From assembly GCF_009914755.1 (NCBI RefSeq), contig NC_060926.1: 64,000 nucleotides of DNA. One strand, given 5' to 3'. The notes beneath the pieces are model-generated. The model saw only the letters and a program-made list of their open reading frames with translations, searched no databases and was not told where the DNA came from. Positions 57,162 through 64,000 of the stretch are shown here, piece after piece (the stretch's first letter is position 1; every line of letters starts with the position of its first letter). Made by a program: the position numbers and the translations under genes. This stretch comes from the human T2T-CHM13v2.0 reference genome, Homo sapiens.

Positions 57162-57838
57162 TGTTATTGGAAAGGAGGCCTAATCCAGACCCCAAGAGAG
57201 AGTTCTTGGATCTCATGCAAGAAAGAATTCACGGTGAGTTCACAGAGCAAAGTGAAAGCAAGTTTATTAAGAAAGTAAATAGAAGGGTGGCTACTCCATA
57301 GACAGAGCAGCCCCCAGGGCTGCTGGTTAGCTATTTTTATGGTTATTTCTTATCATCTGCTAAATATTGGGTGGATTATAAGTTTTCTTATCATATGCTA
57401 AATATGGGGTGGATTATAAGTTTTCTAGGAAAGGGGTAGGTATTTCCTGGAACTGAGGGTTCCTTCCCCTTTTTAGACCGTATAGGGTAACTTCCCGAGG
57501 TGGCTATGGCATTTGTAAACTGTCATGGCACTGGTGGGAGTGTCTTTTAGCATGCTAATGTATTATAATTACCATATAACAAGCAGCGAGGATGACCAGA
57601 GGTCACTTTCCACACCATCTTGGTTTTGGTGGGTTTTGGCTGGCTTCTTTACTGCATCCTGTTTTATCAGCAGGGTCTTTATGACCTGTATCTTGTGATA
57701 CCAGTCCTGTTGACCTCCTAGCTCATCCTGTGATTGAGAATGCCTAACCTCCTGGGAATGCAGCCCATCAGGTCTCATCCTTATTTTACCCAGCCCCTAT
57801 TCAAGATGGAGTCACTCTGGTTCATTTGAACTCTGACA
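57162..57838 (-). mobile_element. MER41B-like ERV1 solo LTR with an internal 38-bp duplication
   Basis: Minus strand starts tgtcagag..tgaaccagagtgactccatcttgaataggggctgggtaaaat; TG..CA ends; flanks acag/acac. Confidence 0.88.
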
Positions 57839-59226
57839 ACACCACTAAGAACCATTATAGGGATGCTTCAGTCTTCAAATTTTTCTGAGGTAGTTTTGGA
57901 TGTAGTTAGAAATTAACCCTATGAGAGGGTAATAGAAAGCCAAGGCTCAAAGTTTTGAATCATCTATGGGCCAGTTGGCATCACTGTATGAACTGCATTC
58001 ATAGTTTCTACCAGTTCCTGATTATAAAGGGAACCATTCATTGATTCACTCATTCATTAAATTAATATTTGAGGATCTAAGCATGTGAGAGAATAGATGG
58101 CTGAGCAAAAATCTAACACTTCTTGAAATTTTTAAATCAGAGGCATTTGATTTCATGAAAAATTAATTACATGCCTATTGTGCATTGAGACCTATGCTGT
58201 TAAGCTGATTGGCAAACCACTGATTTTAATGTAATTAGATAAAGCTTATGATAGATATATGCAAATGATGCTACTGAAAGGTAAAGTAAGAAGCAGGCAA
58301 CTGCTCTATGAGGACACAGAAATATTTTTGTTGTTGTTATTGTCATTTATTTCTGTGTGTGTTTAATCTTGTGTTATTACATTCTAAGCACTGTACTAAG
58401 TATTTTTTGGGAATTCTGGTTTAATATTTACAGCATCCTAGGAAGTGAGCATTCATTTTCTCTACTTCAGCCTTACATGTGTGGAGGGAGAGGATGGGAG
58501 TGGGGAGAATGGCGGGACATTAAAGTTGGCCAGGTAAGAAGAGCCAGGCAATAAATGGTTTTATAGCGTAAGTAACTTGAAGGCAGGAACTACCAGAGAA
58601 TTTTTATGCAGAATAGTAACATGGTCTCCTTTCATGTTACGAACAGCATTCAGCCTTTGCATTAGATTTGTGGGCATATGCCCTCAGCAGCTTTCTTGAA
58701 AGAAGTTCTGCTAGGTCATAAACATTAGACATTATAAAAGTGTTCTCCACAGCTGTTACAGAATAAGTTACATAAAGAATCAGAGGGAGCCCTGATTAAG
58801 ATAACCTTGCCAAAGCAAGGTAGCGTGTGCAACCATCATATCAATAGCTCTAGAAGCACTGTTTGAAGGCATGGCTCATTCATTCCATGGCGTTGTTTTT
58901 CTCCTCTTGGTACTTTATAGGGATATGAAAATTAGTGATTATCTGTAAAATACATTATCAATTTATTCCTGATAAATGTGATAAAGTTGTTCATTTGCTG
59001 TACCCAGAGAATGAAACAGAGTTGTACCAAGGTTAAGCATTAAGTATTATAAAAGAAGAACACACACACAATCTTCTGTGAACACACACAACCTCCTGCC
59101 AACACACACAACCAGGAAGTTCTGCTTGATCTAATAAATGTGGATTCTGTGTTTTATATTGTTATAATCAGAATATACTAACATCAGCTTCCCTGGACAC
59201 ACTGAGTAATATGCCATGGCTATAGT

Positions 59227-59402
59227 GGAGTGGTTATCATTCTAGCTACATACTAGAATCTCTGAGCAGCTTTTTAAGAATATTCACTTTTAGATCTCAC
59301 CCCAGACTAATTCTTTCAGAATTTTTCTAGGCCAGTCCCAGTATTGGTATTTTTTTAAAGGTCTCCAGTTGATCTGTTACGTAACTGGGGCTGAGAACTG
59401 CA
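59227..59402. mobile_element. MER5A-like DNA transposon
   Basis: agtggttatc..gctacatactagaatctctg...ggggctgagaactgc. Confidence 0.65.
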
Positions 59403-61589
59403 AACTCTTAGGGGATGCATAAGGCTGCATGAGTGGCTGAGTGTGGTGTGGCGAATTTCAGTTCTTTCCAGGGTAAAGACCTTCTTTAGGCCTTTGGGAT
59501 TTTTAATGTAATCAAAACAAATTACTTGTTTGATTGTCTCAGCATACCTGTGAGGACATCTGTAAAGGCGAAGATCAAACTGATGAAGAAACTGTCAAGA
59601 AATGCTGTTGAATCTCAGGTACTATCGTTGGCCCATTTTAACAATTTTAAGGAATCAGGTTTTGAAATTTGGTCCACAAAGAATTATGTATTTACTCATA
59701 CATTTTACCCGCAAATAGTATATGTTACCTCCAAAGGAGCAATGCTGGTTGAATTATTTATAAAATGATAAGCTTCTCAAGGAAGCTATTAAGAGAGAGA
59801 AACCAGGGCCTTTTTCCTACACAGTGATGGTTAATAAATCAAAATAGACACTTTGTTAATATGGCTAAATATAATAACAATACTGACAACTATAAAAGTC
59901 AAATTATTACAGAAAACAAAACTAAGTATCATATAATGCCTTTCTTATTGATCTGAGCAGTTCCAGTCAACCCTTACTAAAACTATTTTTATTAGAAGAT
60001 TTAAGGGTTATGCTTTTATTGTTTTCAACTCATCTTGAATCTTTCAAGCTGGAGATTAACTCCCTAGGGACTACTTCTGACTGTGACGCTTTCAGGACAA
60101 CATAGTTCAGCCACCTAGAGATTATCGACATGTCGCAAATAAGATTCTTTTCTAGGGCTGCTTTCTGGAAATGAAAGCAGTCTGTAGTGGGCTCTTCCAT
60201 CCCCAGTCAGGTGAATAAGCTCAAAGGATATGTGTACCCTTTCTCCATAATAAAAGAAGATAAATGTTATAGTAGATGAGGCATAATGCTGTTTGCCTGT
60301 GCAAAATTACAAGATGGGCTTTTCCTAATCATAAGAAACCAATTTTCCAATGTCAGTCTTACAAGGAGTGGAAGTTTCTCACTTTCAAAGGTCACCATGG
60401 CTAAGTGGTCATTTTAGAAACCATCTCTAAGACAGGCTCAGATAAATCTTTTTCAGATATAGTTTATAGTCATAAAAAGACCATATTAAACCCTACGTTG
60501 AAAAAAGACACCATGTATTCCAGAACATATAATTATGAAACTACATGTACAAAACTTTTAAATAATTTTTTCAAAAAATTTTCAAGTACATTTATATTTC
60601 ACTTTATTTTCTGAGGATGAACTGAATTATAATACAAAGCCTAGAAACTCAGAGTTTTGTAAAGGAGATGACCACCTCCCTGAAGAGGATCCAATATTTC
60701 CTAATGGAGGCTATTACATAATTACATGTTTAAAATTGCATTAGCTTTCTGTCCTTTAATTCTACTCCTTGAGTATATTTGGCATAACTATTGTTTACTC
60801 TCTTTCAACTTTACCCTATCCAAATTCATTTGTAAACATTAAACTTATATGCTAAATATCAATATGCAGTTTTCTTCCTTTACTTAAAAACACACATGTA
60901 TCAATTTCTTTGATTACTGCAATCCTGTCTGCAGTACAGATATATGCATGCTGTCTGTAATTTCTGTTGTGTGTCTGCATCTTATCGCCACACAGGACTC
61001 TTAAGTTCTTGGATGGTAGAGATGTATACATTCCTGGTCTGATCAATATCCTCAAGAAAAGAAACAAATAAGCCTTCCCTTATTAAAAGTCTGCTGCATT
61101 TTCTTAATATTATGGAAATTCCTTCCTACAATTAAAACAGCGTGTGTGTGTTTGTGTATACTTTCAGAAACAGAAATTTCAATGACTCAGTAACATTCAA
61201 ATAACAATATAAATACTGGTTTCATTAAATCTTCCATTGTCTTCAATGGTGCCCTGTTGCAATTTGAGAATAAAAAATTGGAAAAACTCTGCTGTGTCAG
61301 TTATGCATGCTTTAACAACATCACCACTAAAATCTAGTAGACTTTTCTCATTTAATTCACTGTGCAAAGCCTCATGGATTAGGTGGAAAGTTACAACTTG
61401 ATGGTTATTTGATGGGGGTGGGAATGTGAGTAGAAAAAGATTCTTTGCATTTCTTATAGATATTTTGAGTACTCTTTGATACCTTCTGTATTAGCAGCTA
61501 ATCAAAATATTCTCCTGGGAGCATGCTAAAACATTTTCCTAGCAATTTAATCTGGGTGAAATAATAACGTATTAATACCTGTTTATTTT

Positions 61590-64000
<2,411 letters not shown>

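Noticed and set aside
60127-60136. Palindrome cgacatgtcg as a p53 site
   Set aside because: Single imperfect half-site; palindromes of this length are expected by chance.

Overview
AT-rich, CpG-poor primate genomic DNA (human or a close catarrhine/hominoid relative, judged from AluY, L1PA, HERV-W, MER41 and THE1 content). It looks like a gene desert or a large intron: I recognise no cellular protein-coding gene, RNA gene or CpG island. The ORFs I can assign come from L1 ORF2, HERV-W, Alu or microsatellites; the rest look like chance ORFs. The main feature is a 5.4-kb HERV-W (HERV17/LTR17) processed pseudogene on the minus strand (23502-28926). It has R-U5...U3-R-polyA structure, an L1-type target-site duplication (TSD) and four internal deletions. 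Other points of interest: a MER41B solo LTR with two GAS motifs, a 21-bp perfect inverted repeat near 52 kb, a tandemly duplicated G/TG microsatellite cassette at 3.5 kb, a diverged ~170-bp tandem repeat at 40 kb, three 3'-truncated retroelements and a few weak candidate exons. I found no convincing new biological system. Repeat subfamily calls come from memory of consensus sequences, and boundaries of old repeats are approximate.
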